Shown in pieces: positions 8,053 through 18,585 of a stretch of DNA of 64,000 bases (positions within the stretch are counted from its first letter, which is position 1; every line of letters starts with the position of its first letter). Made by a program: the position numbers and the translations under genes. The DNA is from Candidatus Magasanikbacteria bacterium CG1_02_41_34 (GTDB taxonomy: Bacteria > Patescibacteriota > Patescibacteriia > Magasanikbacterales > UBA922), in assembly GCA_001871445.1 (NCBI GenBank), contig MNVD01000011.1, positions 29,382-93,381 of the forward strand, written 5' to 3'. Below the pieces are notes generated by a model. It worked only from the letters and a program-made list of their open reading frames with translations. It was not told where the DNA came from and ran no database searches.

Positions 8053-11000
8053 ATGACTGATGTAATTAACCTTACAAAAAAGGCATTTACATGGTCTGTC
8101 GTTGTAATGACGATAGCCTGGAGTATTGGTCTTTCTGCACTCGCAGCACCTCTTGCTGCAAATGCTGCAGATTGTCCTACACTCGAAGCTGGAGATCTTT
8201 TTAAAGTAAAAGGAAACACAGCTGTATATCTCCTCGACGCAGACATGAAACGTTTGTACTTCCCACATTCTGATGTATATCACACATGGTTTAGTGATTT
8301 CTCAGGTGTTGTAGAAATTGATTCTACATGTGTAAGTGCATACCCAAACGCTGTAAACCCATCTGGTGTTGACTACCGACCAGGCTCACGCCTTGTAAAA
8401 GTAGTTATCTCACCTGAAGTATATGCTGTAGGACCTGGCAATATGCGCCATCTCCTCGGTAGTGAAGAAGAAGCCTCATCACTTTATGGTGCTAACTGGG
8501 CTTCTCTTGTTCGTGATGTTCACGACTTCCACTGGCCAAACTATACGACTGGTGCAGAAGTTAATGGACTTATGAATGGTATGCTTGTAAAGCGTGCTGA
8601 TACTTCTGATGTGACTACTGTGTACGTTGTACAAGATGGAAAACTCCATACTGTAGACGGAACACTTCCTGCTTTTGTAAAAGCAGATGTCCGCACTGTA
8701 GCATCAACACTCGTTGACGCTCTTGAATTGAGCGTTGACTCTGTAACAGCTGCTTCACTTACTGCTGACCCTTCACAGGGAAGTGGAAGTGGAACTCCTG
8801 GAACACCCGTAGTAACTGGTGGAAACGTTTCTGTTTCTCTCGCTGCTGAAACTCCAGGATCTACTGATATTCTTTCTGACAGTGGTTCTGATTACAACCA
8901 AGCAAACATTCCTTTCACCGCTGTACGATTTACAGCTGGAAGTGACGCTGTTGTTGTAAAGACAGTCAAGTTCACGCGAACTGGTATTGCTTCAGACTCT
9001 GATCTTGGAAATTTGTATCTTTATGATGGAGACGCTCGACTTGCAGAATATACAAGCTTTAATGCTAAAGTTGTAACATTCTCAAATAGCACTGGTCTCT
9101 TTACTGTCCCTGCAAACAGCAGTAAGACCGTTATGCTCCGTGGTGACCTTGCAAAATCTGCAGTCACTGGTGGCAAAAAGATCGGATTTGAAGTAGCTAG
9201 CTCTGATCATGTTGTGATCAATGGTGGTAGTGTTACTGGATCATTTCCTGTAGCTGGTAGTCAAATGGCTACTGCACAGGTAACTGATCTTGGTGATCTA
9301 TATCTCACTGGATACACAACATTCCCTGCAACGGTAAAAGCTGATGAAGCTGGAAAAGAACTCTGGCGCATGACCTTGAACGCTGCAGAACAAGACATGG
9401 AACTTCGTTACATGAAATTGACCATGATTGGTACAATTTCTACGAGCGATGTTCAAAACTTGAAACTTGAAGTTGGTGGTGCCCAAGTTGGTGCTACTGC
9501 AAACATTTCTGACGACAGAACTGTTATCTTTGATCTTTCAAGTGCTCCTATTGCTGTGAATGCTGGACAAAGTAAGATTGTTGTCCTTCGTGGTGATATG
9601 ATGGGTGGATCTGGACGTGTATTCAAGTTTAGTGTACAACGTCAAAATGATCTCAAAGCATACGACACAGAATATGGTGTCTATGTAAATCCAACTATCA
9701 CAACTGCTGCTACTTCATTTGGAGTTGTAGAGCCAGAAACTGGAAATGGTACTGACGTAGACAGTGGAACACTCACTATTGGTGTTGCTACTGATTCACC
9801 TACCGGAAGCACTGTTGACGGTGGTACAGGTGTCACCCTAGCTAAATTTACCTTTGATGCCTCTGGTGAAAGTGTAAAGGTAACCAGTTTGCCTGTCTAT
9901 TGTACTGGATCTGACAATACTGACATTCTTGCAAATGTAAAAGTTTTGCTTAATGGCTCACAAGTCGGTTCTACGGATGCTGCAATGACATGTTCTGGTG
10001 TTGGTGGAGTAAACAGCTTTACCTTTGGCAACACATTTGTTGTTGACAGAGATACTGATTCTGTTGTAACTATCGTAGCTGATACTACAGATGCTACGAT
10101 CGTAAATGCTGCTACTCTTTCTGTAAGTCTCAATACTGGTGATACTGGTAATGGGCAAGGTCAAACAACATTGACCGGTATCACTACTACAGGATTGACT
10201 GCTCGTACTCTTACGGTACGAAGTGGAGTCGTGACTGTTTCAGAAAACTCAGCATTTGGTGACAAAACAGCTACAAACCCAACTGGTACTGTAAATGCAG
10301 CTGGTGCACGAATTGCATCATTTGTTATTACAGCTGGTTCTGGTGAAGCTGCTGATGTAACACAAATTTCACTTGCTGATGATGCTACGACAGGATTGGC
10401 ATCAAACTACCAAAAGCTCATGTTGATGCATGATGGTGTACAGATTGGTACAACCGTCAATACACTCAACACAACTGCAAGCACTTACTCATTTACTCCA
10501 TCTACTGCTATCCGTATCGCTGCTGGACAACAGTATGTAGTAGATGTCTATGCTGACATCAAGAGTAGTGCTGCTGATGCTGGTGAAGCTGCATATGCAC
10601 CTGTTCGTCTCGCTGCTACTGCAGTTACTGCGACAGGTGTGAACACAACATCAAATATTAGCTCAACAAACAGTGCTACATCTCTTCAGAATGCATATAT
10701 CGCTGCAAGTGGTAACTTGACTGTTGCTATTTCTGGTGATACTGCTGAAGCTGCTCAAATCGTTCTTGGATCTACAGCTGTAGAACTTGGAACATTCGAA
10801 TTGACAGCTGATGCTGCTGAAAGAATCAACGTTACAGATCTCGTTGTATCTGTTTCGTCTACTGCTGGATACCAAGGTACACTCCGAAACCTCCGCCTCT
10901 ATAAGGACGGTGTTGCATTTGGACCAGCCGTGAATCTTCCAACAGGAGCTGCATCTACTGGAACCTACTACAATGCGACCTTCTCTGGTCTTGCATTGAC

Positions 11001-11718
11001 AGTAGAAAAGAACAGTACTGCAGTAATCACTGTAAAAGCAGACGTTACTACTTTCACCAATGGTGGTGCAAATGGAGACGTAAATGGTTCATTCTTCGCT
11101 GCAATGTTGTCTAACGTTGGAAGTGGAAGTGAACCTGTAACTGCTGTCGGTGAATCATCTGGTGCAAGTATTACCGGTGCACAACTTGACATGGGTACTT
11201 CCCCTGATCTCAATCAAGTCGCAAATGAGATGGTTGCATACCGATCGAAAATTACTGTAGCATTCGCAGGTGACTCACCTAGTGGATCATCTGTTGGAGC
11301 AAGTGCTCAGACTATCGCGAAGTTCGTCGTATCAAACTCAAGCAATGTAGGAAACTACAAAGCAACAGTGAACACAATGAACTTTGCTATTAGCAATACA
11401 GGAATCTCAAATACAGCAACACGAACGATGAATGTATATAAAGATTCTGTTTCTGCTAGCAACTTGCTTGCTACGACCACTGCTGGTTCAGGCACCTTGA
11501 ACTTCGCTGATACTAGTATCAGCACGTTTACAGATGTTGATATCACAGCTGGAAGCTCAAAGACCTTCGTTGTAACACTTGATACAAGTGATGCTGGTAC
11601 TGATGACAAATTGTCTATCGGATTGGCTCAAGGAGATATCGTTTGGTCTGATGACGCTGTAAACGTCATCACCGAAGTAGATGGTCTCCCTCTCGTATCC
11701 AAGACACTTACCTACTAA
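8053..11718 (+). CDS. Putative S-layer/major surface protein
   Basis: Signal peptide, then an N-terminal GDLFKV...AVYLL...YRPGSRLVKV...LYGANW domain and ~6 beta-sandwich repeats. Very S/T/G/A/V-rich with strong NNT codon bias and a strong terminator. Confidence 0.7.
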   Translation: MTDVINLTKKAFTWSVVVMTIAWSIGLSALAAPLAANAADCPTLEAGDLFKVKGNTAVYLLDADMKRLYFPHSDVYHTWFSDFSGVVEIDSTCVSAYPNAVNPSGVDYRPGSRLVKVVISPEVYAVGPGNMRHLLGSEEEASSLYGANWASLVRDVHDFHWPNYTTGAEVNGLMNGMLVKRADTSDVTTVYVVQDGKLHTVDGTLPAFVKADVRTVASTLVDALELSVDSVTAASLTADPSQGSGSGTPGTPVVTGGNVSVSLAAETPGSTDILSDSGSDYNQANIPFTAVRFTAGSDAVVVKTVKFTRTGIASDSDLGNLYLYDGDARLAEYTSFNAKVVTFSNSTGLFTVPANSSKTVMLRGDLAKSAVTGGKKIGFEVASSDHVVINGGSVTGSFPVAGSQMATAQVTDLGDLYLTGYTTFPATVKADEAGKELWRMTLNAAEQDMELRYMKLTMIGTISTSDVQNLKLEVGGAQVGATANISDDRTVIFDLSSAPIAVNAGQSKIVVLRGDMMGGSGRVFKFSVQRQNDLKAYDTEYGVYVNPTITTAATSFGVVEPETGNGTDVDSGTLTIGVATDSPTGSTVDGGTGVTLAKFTFDASGESVKVTSLPVYCTGSDNTDILANVKVLLNGSQVGSTDAAMTCSGVGGVNSFTFGNTFVVDRDTDSVVTIVADTTDATIVNAATLSVSLNTGDTGNGQGQTTLTGITTTGLTARTLTVRSGVVTVSENSAFGDKTATNPTGTVNAAGARIASFVITAGSGEAADVTQISLADDATTGLASNYQKLMLMHDGVQIGTTVNTLNTTASTYSFTPSTAIRIAAGQQYVVDVYADIKSSAADAGEAAYAPVRLAATAVTATGVNTTSNISSTNSATSLQNAYIAASGNLTVAISGDTAEAAQIVLGSTAVELGTFELTADAAERINVTDLVVSVSSTAGYQGTLRNLRLYKDGVAFGPAVNLPTGAASTGTYYNATFSGLALTVEKNSTAVITVKADVTTFTNGGANGDVNGSFFAAMLSNVGSGSEPVTAVGESSGASITGAQLDMGTSPDLNQVANEMVAYRSKITVAFAGDSPSGSSVGASAQTIAKFVVSNSSNVGNYKATVNTMNFAISNTGISNTATRTMNVYKDSVSASNLLATTTAGSGTLNFADTSISTFTDVDITAGSSKTFVVTLDTSDAGTDDKLSIGLAQGDIVWSDDAVNVITEVDGLPLVSKTLTY

Positions 11719-11765
11719 TCGTCTAAACAATTCTATTGTTTAGCATAGTAGTTCTCTTCTCGAAG

Positions 11766-11803
11766 AGATCAAACACCCCCGGAATTCGGGGGTGTTTTGA
11801 TCT
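11766..11803 (+). terminator. Intrinsic terminator of the S-layer-like gene
   Basis: AAACACCCCCG-gaatt-CGGGGGTGTTTT with AGATC/GATCT extension. Confidence 0.85.
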
Positions 11804-11814
11804 ATCCATGTTAC

Positions 11815-11843
11815 TTGCTTCGGAGGCGTCTATCGGCTATACT
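11815..11843 (+). promoter_or_regulatory. Sigma70-type promoter of the ligase/glycan operon
   Basis: TTGCTT-N17-TATACT just upstream of ATG 11853/11859. Confidence 0.65.
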
Positions 11844-11852
11844 ATTGTTCAT

Positions 11853-14099
11853 ATGTATATGAATAAAATAACAAAGATCATTGTAGGAGGGCTCTTTGTT
11901 TCTGTTATTTTTCCTCTTCTCTTCACCCCTCAGACTATGTTTCCTTGGGGGTATGGGAAAGAGTTGTTTTTTGTATTTCTCATTGCATGTTTAGGGTTGC
12001 TTTCTCTACCGATATTGTGGAAGTACAAAAATACTACAACAGCTATGATGAGTCATATCACCATGGTTGATGTATTTTTTTTGTTGTTTATATGTTCATT
12101 TTTTCTCAGTACGTTCCTAGGTTTTGAGCCTGTTCGTAGTTTTTGGGGAGATCAAAGTAGAGGAGGGGGAGCGCTATTGTGGGGACAACTCGGAGTGTAT
12201 TACGTATTCCTTCGTATATTTTTTCAAACCAAAAAACAATGGAGGTACTTTGGCATGGGTATTATAGGGGTAGGACTAGTAGGAAGCCTTATTGCATGGC
12301 TAGGTGCGTATACGTCAGCATTTTCTGGCGTTATTATGAAAAGTAGTCATCTCAGTGGACTCGCAGGCAATCCTATATTTTTTGCATCGTCATTGATACC
12401 ACCCTTATATGTTTCACTTTCTTTTCTCTTTGTAGAGACAGAAAAGTGGAAACGTTACATATTCGGTGGTGTTGCAGGTATTTTGCTCATTACTCTGCTT
12501 GCGACACAAGTGCGAGGAGCATTTCTTGGGTTGCTCGTGTCTCTTGTCAGTATGGGGGTATATTTTACGATTGCAAAAAAAGCGTTTGTGAAAAAAAGAA
12601 GGATTTCCGTTTTGCTTTCTTTAGTTGTAAGTAGTGTATTGATTGTGGGGTTAATTTTTTGGAATACTCGAACGAGCGTACTTGCAGAAGTCTCACCAAC
12701 ACTGTCTCGTATGTTTACCATATCTACAGAGACAGGCACTGGACAAACGCGTCTTATGGCATGGAAGATCGCATTGAGGGGAGCTGTAGAGCATCCTGTC
12801 TTAGGATGGGGGCCAGAGTCATTTCAATTTATATTTGACACCTATTACAACCCTGCATTTTTAAGATTTTCTTTTTCGGAAACAGTGTGGGATCGTCCAC
12901 ATAATTTTTTTCTTTCAATTTTGACAGGACAAGGGCTTGTGGGGCTGTCACTCTATCTGTTTTTTTTGGCTTTGTTGGCAGGGGCCTTATTCAAAAAAAT
13001 TCGACAGGAGGTGAACCCTGCACAGGTGTGGTTTCTTCTGTTTCTTTTTGGTGGGATTGTGAACTATGTAGTCCAAAGTTTTTTTGGTGTGGAAGTATTC
13101 CATTCCCTCATTGTGTGGGTTGCATTTTTGGCATATGTATCTTTTGTTATTGGATCGAACACACAGAGCGCCTCATGGTTTCAAGGATCTCATCATAAAT
13201 CTATCGTACTTGTTGGTGCTGGTATTCTTCTCCTTTGTACCCCGTGGATTTTGTTCACAGTCCCACGATTGTATCAATCGAGTGTTGCTATGGCTTCAAG
13301 TAGAGATATCGCTCGATCAGGAAACTCTGAAGGGTGGAAGGAATCAGTGGAAAAAGTAGTAGGGATAGATGCTCCTATACAGTGGGAGCAAGCAAGATAT
13401 ATTGTACAGGATATTTCTTATCTTGATGGAGCAAAACTATTGAAAAGCAAAGATCTCAGTCTAATTGCCCCCAAACTTTTGAATATATTTGAAACTGATA
13501 TATCTCGAAATCCAAAATCATATCAATATTATTTTTGGACTGCAGAGCTCTATGGATTTATGGGTGAATATATGGATTCGCAGTACTTGGAAAAAAATAA
13601 AGAATTTTTGCTTAGGGCAGGAGAGCATAGCCCTACACAGCAACGTATTCCACTTCTTTTGGCAAAAAATGATATCCTAAACGGAAACGTTGATGGTGGT
13701 GTTGAGAGGCTTCATCAATTGTTGGATACAGATCCAAGCATAGCTGAGGTCCGTTGGTTTTATGGCCTTGCGCTTATTGAACAGGGTAATAAAGATAGTG
13801 GGCTGGAAGAACTTGAAGCAAGTGGTTCTTTTGGTTTTACTGTTGATTCTAATATCGTATATGTGATAGATTTGTATGCACAAGATGAACAATATGAACA
13901 TATTATTCCATTGTATCAATTGTTGATACAGCGTCATCCTGGCGAGAGTACGTGGTATGCCAGAATTGCCGCAACATACGCAGCAATGGGACAAAGAGAT
14001 AATGTGATAGAAGCTATCAATACTGCTGTAGAGTTAGATCCTTCCTTAAAAACAGAAGCCATGGAATTTTTACAGTCTCAAGGAATTTCCTCCTTTTGA
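11853..14099 (+). CDS. O-antigen ligase/O-oligosaccharyltransferase family (Wzy_C) protein with C-terminal TPRs
   Basis: Many TM helices; TQVRGAFLG, RLMAWKIA...PVLGWGPESF and DRPHN motifs; TPR-like helical C-terminus. Start moved downstream of the terminator and promoter. Confidence 0.85.
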   Translation: MYMNKITKIIVGGLFVSVIFPLLFTPQTMFPWGYGKELFFVFLIACLGLLSLPILWKYKNTTTAMMSHITMVDVFFLLFICSFFLSTFLGFEPVRSFWGDQSRGGGALLWGQLGVYYVFLRIFFQTKKQWRYFGMGIIGVGLVGSLIAWLGAYTSAFSGVIMKSSHLSGLAGNPIFFASSLIPPLYVSLSFLFVETEKWKRYIFGGVAGILLITLLATQVRGAFLGLLVSLVSMGVYFTIAKKAFVKKRRISVLLSLVVSSVLIVGLIFWNTRTSVLAEVSPTLSRMFTISTETGTGQTRLMAWKIALRGAVEHPVLGWGPESFQFIFDTYYNPAFLRFSFSETVWDRPHNFFLSILTGQGLVGLSLYLFFLALLAGALFKKIRQEVNPAQVWFLLFLFGGIVNYVVQSFFGVEVFHSLIVWVAFLAYVSFVIGSNTQSASWFQGSHHKSIVLVGAGILLLCTPWILFTVPRLYQSSVAMASSRDIARSGNSEGWKESVEKVVGIDAPIQWEQARYIVQDISYLDGAKLLKSKDLSLIAPKLLNIFETDISRNPKSYQYYFWTAELYGFMGEYMDSQYLEKNKEFLLRAGEHSPTQQRIPLLLAKNDILNGNVDGGVERLHQLLDTDPSIAEVRWFYGLALIEQGNKDSGLEELEASGSFGFTVDSNIVYVIDLYAQDEQYEHIIPLYQLLIQRHPGESTWYARIAATYAAMGQRDNVIEAINTAVELDPSLKTEAMEFLQSQGISSF

Positions 14100-14119
14100 T
14101 ACATGTTATCTATACTTAT

Positions 14120-14752
14120 ATGAACAAAAAAAAATATATCATTTTTATCCTTATCACTGTACTTTTCGTTGCCGGAGGTGCTTACTTGTTTGTACAACGT
14201 TCTCATTCTTCGCTGCAGAACGAACAGTATTATAGTAAGACATCATACATCGAAGCACTACACGCATTTTCATTGGAGCATCCTGAACTGAGTGAGTTTA
14301 CGACCCTTGTAGACGAAGAAGAAGCAAAAATTGCAGCAGCTCCGTCAAATACAGAGGGATATCTGAGTCTTGGGTTGGCATGGAAAAGTCTTGCAGACAG
14401 GGCAGGAGACCCTCCAAACATGTTTTATGAAGCAGCATTTGAAGTATATAAGAGAGGTATAGAACTTACGGATAGAAGGGATACAACGTTTTTAAAAAAT
14501 GCAGCAAACATGGCGGAGTTTCAAAAGGATTTTGATACCTCTGAAACATTATTGCAAGAAGCTATTGTAGCAACTCCGGGTGATGCTGATCTATATATTC
14601 GGTTAGCAGACGTATATACATATCTTATGAAGAAGCCGACACAAGAAATTATAGATTTTTTGGATACTGGCATTGAAATTTTGCCAAATGCGACAAGATT
14701 AGAAAATTACAAAAAACGTCTAGAGACGAATGAGCAGAGTAATAATTTATAA
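14120..14752 (+). CDS. Membrane-anchored TPR protein
   Basis: N-terminal TM anchor and TPR-like helices (YLSLGLAW, LYIRLADVY, P-x-D/N turns). Confidence 0.65.
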   Translation: MNKKKYIIFILITVLFVAGGAYLFVQRSHSSLQNEQYYSKTSYIEALHAFSLEHPELSEFTTLVDEEEAKIAAAPSNTEGYLSLGLAWKSLADRAGDPPNMFYEAAFEVYKRGIELTDRRDTTFLKNAANMAEFQKDFDTSETLLQEAIVATPGDADLYIRLADVYTYLMKKPTQEIIDFLDTGIEILPNATRLENYKKRLETNEQSNNL

Positions 14753-14758
14753 ATTTTC

Positions 14759-16846
14759 ATGTTGTACTCAAAATTGTTAGATAAAACCGAACAAATACTC
14801 CGTTATACAATATTGTGTTTGATCACGACAACTTTTTTAGTCCCATTGATCATGGCTCCATCTTTTATTTTTCCTTTTATTGTACCAAAAATACTGGCAT
14901 TTCGCACAATTGTTATTTTGATGAGTGTTACGTATGTCATGTTGCTCTGGAAATATCCAAAAAAATATGCACCTGGAAAAAACATTGTTACTATAAGCGT
15001 ATTCCTTTTTTTGTTCAGTTTTGCTATATCTACATTTACTGGTGTAGATTGGTATAGAAGTCTTTGGGACAATCATGAACGAATGTTGGGACTTTTTACC
15101 TTTGTTCATTATGTTATTTATTTTTTCGTGTTGTCGAGTGTCATACAGTCGAAGGAAGAATGGATACAATTGTTTCGTTTTTTTCTCGGTGCAGGGATGC
15201 TGGTAGTTATTATTGGCGTATGGCAAAAATCAATCAATCCTGAACTTTTGCTCAATAGAGGTGCTTTTCGTGTCTCTTCTACACTTGGAAATGCTATCTA
15301 CTTAAGTGGATATGGCCTTTTTTTGGCTACAATCGGTGCATTACTTGCATATTGGGAGAATGTAAACATGTGGCGTATTTATGCCGCAATTGGGGCTTTT
15401 CTTGGTATAGTAGGTATTTTTTTAGGAGGAACACGAGGAACCTTGCTTGGGTTTCTCGCTGGCTTGGGAATTGGTCTTGCTTGGTTTATATTCTATGCAA
15501 AAGCAAATAAAAGAATGAAGAAATTTGTATTGCTGGGTACAAGTTGTTTGTTGATGTTTTTTGTGTCTTTGTTCTTTTTTCGTAGTTCGGATGTCGTGCG
15601 TCACATGCCATTGATTGGTCGTCTTGCCGAAACATCATTGTCGTCAGGGACTGCGGAAACACGTATTATGGCGTGGCAGATTGCTTTTGAAGCGTGGAAA
15701 GATAAACCATTTTTTGGGTGGGGACCAAATAATTTTTATTATGCATTTAACGAATTCTACAACCCAACGTTTCTCGAGCATGGATATCAAGAGACATGGT
15801 TTGATAATGCACATAATATTGTCATGAATACACTCACGACACAGGGTGCTTTTGGACTGGCAGTGTATATTATCCTATTTGGTGGAGCAATATATGCTCT
15901 GATAAAAATGAAAGATGACGATATACTTGGCGGGCTGGTAAGTGTTATCATTGTCAGTTTTCTGATAGCACATTTTATTCACAATGTATTCGTATTCGAA
16001 AATCCTACGTCATATTTGTACTTTTTTACGATACTAGGTTTTATCGCCAGTTCGTACAAAACCTTTTTAAAGAAAACAAAAACCGTGAAAGTTAAAAACG
16101 TTGTATCGCAACACCTTGGGGTAGGAAAAATGTCTATACTTTTGTTTGTTGCACTACTTTTTGTGTTTTCAACAGAAATAAATCCAGCTCGAGCAAATAA
16201 GACCATTGCTCTAGCTATCAAATCTGTCAGTACAGACCCTGAACTAAGTATTGCTCAGTATCGTAAGGCAACATCAATCCCAAGTCCTCATATTGATGAT
16301 ATTAGGAATGATATGTCCCGCATTTATTTACAGGCAATACCTTTTTTGATTGATCAGCATCAAAATGAAATAGCAAATACATATTTTGCAGAAGCAAAAA
16401 AGAGTATGGAAGAAAATCTTCTTTTGCATCCACGAGATATTCGTGTGCATATGCAGTTGGCTCAGGTGCTTTTGCAGGGAGCGCGGCTAAAACAGGATAT
16501 TTCCTATATTCAGCAGGCAAAACAGATACTGCGTATTGCATTGGTCTATTCTCCCAAACGTCAACAGTTAGTTTTTCAATATACTCAAATATTGGATATT
16601 CTTACTGAATATGATGAGGCCTTATCTCTTCTAAGACAAGTTGTAGACGACGACCCTCATATTGTAGAAAGTTGGGCACGGTTGATTTATATGTATGGAA
16701 GAGCAGGAGAAAAGGACTTGGCTGTACAGGTATATCAAGAAGCATTAACAGCTGGTATTGATTTTAGTGGTGATTTTTCAAATACGGTAAATTCAGTAAT
16801 ATCGGCATCTACATCATCGACATCCAATATTCATTCAGTAGAGTAA
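14759..16846 (+). CDS. Second O-antigen ligase/O-OTase family protein with TPR-like C-terminus
   Basis: SSTLGNAIYL, GTRGTLLG, RIMAWQIA...PFFGWGPNNF and DNAHN motifs. Confidence 0.85.
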   Translation: MLYSKLLDKTEQILRYTILCLITTTFLVPLIMAPSFIFPFIVPKILAFRTIVILMSVTYVMLLWKYPKKYAPGKNIVTISVFLFLFSFAISTFTGVDWYRSLWDNHERMLGLFTFVHYVIYFFVLSSVIQSKEEWIQLFRFFLGAGMLVVIIGVWQKSINPELLLNRGAFRVSSTLGNAIYLSGYGLFLATIGALLAYWENVNMWRIYAAIGAFLGIVGIFLGGTRGTLLGFLAGLGIGLAWFIFYAKANKRMKKFVLLGTSCLLMFFVSLFFFRSSDVVRHMPLIGRLAETSLSSGTAETRIMAWQIAFEAWKDKPFFGWGPNNFYYAFNEFYNPTFLEHGYQETWFDNAHNIVMNTLTTQGAFGLAVYIILFGGAIYALIKMKDDDILGGLVSVIIVSFLIAHFIHNVFVFENPTSYLYFFTILGFIASSYKTFLKKTKTVKVKNVVSQHLGVGKMSILLFVALLFVFSTEINPARANKTIALAIKSVSTDPELSIAQYRKATSIPSPHIDDIRNDMSRIYLQAIPFLIDQHQNEIANTYFAEAKKSMEENLLLHPRDIRVHMQLAQVLLQGARLKQDISYIQQAKQILRIALVYSPKRQQLVFQYTQILDILTEYDEALSLLRQVVDDDPHIVESWARLIYMYGRAGEKDLAVQVYQEALTAGIDFSGDFSNTVNSVISASTSSTSNIHSVE

Positions 16847-16856
16847 CGGTGGTAGT

Positions 16857-17645
16857 ATGCCAAAAATAAGTGTTCTATTATGCGTGTATAACGGTGATGA
16901 CTATGTACGCGGTGCTCTTGATAGTATTCTTTCTCAGACGTATAGTGATTTTGAGTGTGTTATTATTGATGACGCTTCCTCAGACACAACACCACACATA
17001 CTACGTGAGTATGCATCAAAAGATAATAGGATACATATACATACAAATGATAAAAATATGGGACTCACAGCATCTCTCCAAGATGGGCTGTCATATTGCA
17101 ATGGAAAGTATATAGCAAGAATGGATGTCGATGATATTGCAAGACGTGATAGGTTCGAAAAGCAATATGCATTTATGGAAGAACATCCTGACGTGGCGTT
17201 ATGTGGTTCCTTTGCAACTGTTATCGATGAAAAAGAAAGTACTATTGGAAAAAAGATATTTCCGACATCCTCAGTAGATATAAAAAAAAGACTTTTATTT
17301 AACAATCAGTTTGTTCACTCTACTCTTTTTTTTATAAAAGAAAAAATAGTAGACATTGGAGGGTATGATGTTTTTTTCAAAAAAAGTCAGGATTATGATT
17401 TGGTATTCCGTGTTGGATCTGTATACACCGTTGCAAATATTCCTGAATATCTTGTATCATGGCGCTTGGGCTCTCGGAGCATTTCTTGGCAGAGTAGGGG
17501 ACAAGAAATGTATGCGCTTCGGGCACGATGGAACGCAATTACAAGATATGGATATCCAAAAATCAATGGAATATACCACATTGTGGTACGAGCAATTTGG
17601 TTGTGTGTACCACTTTCGTTAAAAAGAAAGCGATATGTTCGTTAG
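16857..17645 (+). CDS. Glycosyltransferase family 2
   Basis: ISVLLCVYN, IIDDASSD, ARMDVDD, SQDYDL. Confidence 0.9.
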   Translation: MPKISVLLCVYNGDDYVRGALDSILSQTYSDFECVIIDDASSDTTPHILREYASKDNRIHIHTNDKNMGLTASLQDGLSYCNGKYIARMDVDDIARRDRFEKQYAFMEEHPDVALCGSFATVIDEKESTIGKKIFPTSSVDIKKRLLFNNQFVHSTLFFIKEKIVDIGGYDVFFKKSQDYDLVFRVGSVYTVANIPEYLVSWRLGSRSISWQSRGQEMYALRARWNAITRYGYPKINGIYHIVVRAIWLCVPLSLKRKRYVR

Positions 17646-18585
17646 TCTTATTATTCCCACAATTGTAGAAAGAAAAAATGAACTTGTTCGTTTATTGTCT
17701 TCCGTGGCATCTCAAAAAAAAATACCTGATGAAGTTATTATTGTTATGCAGGGATTTGGTAATAATTATGTATCAGCTGTAGCATCTATACAGCAATCGT
17801 TTCCAATGCTTACATTCGTATGTATTCAGAGTAGTATCCGCTCCCTTACAAAAGCTCGAAATGAGGGGGTGTGTAAAAGTAGGGGAGATATTATTGCATT
17901 TTCAGATGATGATATTATATTGGAGCCCAACTATATTGAAAAAATGATTCATTTTTTTGAAACATATCCCAAGGCACTTGGTGTTCAGGGACTTATTACA
18001 GACTTTGTAGAGGGACACACAAAAAAAATTGGGGGAAATTCATTTGTGTATGCCTGTTACAATGTGTTTGCCAAAATATTCTTATTGAATAATAGTAGTA
18101 CCAAAAACAAGTTATTACTATCTGGACGTAGTCAATATGCGACTCATGTAAAAACTGTGACACCCTGTGAATGGCTCAGTGGTATCGGAGCGTATAGAAA
18201 ATCTGTATTTACAGAGTTTACGTTTGACGAATCACTAGGTGGGTATGCACTCGGTGAGGACAAATTGTTTTCATATCCAATAAATCAAACATATCCAGGT
18301 GTATTGTATATTGACCCTTCAATTCGTTGCAAACATGTGTATGGAGAACAAGGTCGACCTAAAAATGAAGAATTGGTTCGTATGAAGGTGCAAAATATTC
18401 ACTATATCTGGAATAAACTGATGTCAGATCGTGGGTTTCTTGCCAAAATTGCGTTTTGGTGGGCGAATATAGGAGATTTCATCAGCGTGTTTTTTGCATC
18501 TATACTGCGTGTATATTCTTTTCGTTTTTTTTTGCTTCATGTGAGAGCCTATTTTGCACTTATTGGACATACGTATGATACCTAA
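17635..18585 (+). CDS. Glycosyltransferase family 2
   Basis: SLIIPT, ARNEG, FSDDD, GYALGED. Confidence 0.85.
   Translation: MFVSLIIPTIVERKNELVRLLSSVASQKKIPDEVIIVMQGFGNNYVSAVASIQQSFPMLTFVCIQSSIRSLTKARNEGVCKSRGDIIAFSDDDIILEPNYIEKMIHFFETYPKALGVQGLITDFVEGHTKKIGGNSFVYACYNVFAKIFLLNNSSTKNKLLLSGRSQYATHVKTVTPCEWLSGIGAYRKSVFTEFTFDESLGGYALGEDKLFSYPINQTYPGVLYIDPSIRCKHVYGEQGRPKNEELVRMKVQNIHYIWNKLMSDRGFLAKIAFWWANIGDFISVFFASILRVYSFRFFLLHVRAYFALIGHTYDT

Noticed and set aside
7798-8283. 161-aa minus-strand ORF and the many other short antisense/overlapping ORFs
   Set aside because: These are shadows of real genes or of the structured leader, with no recognisable motifs.
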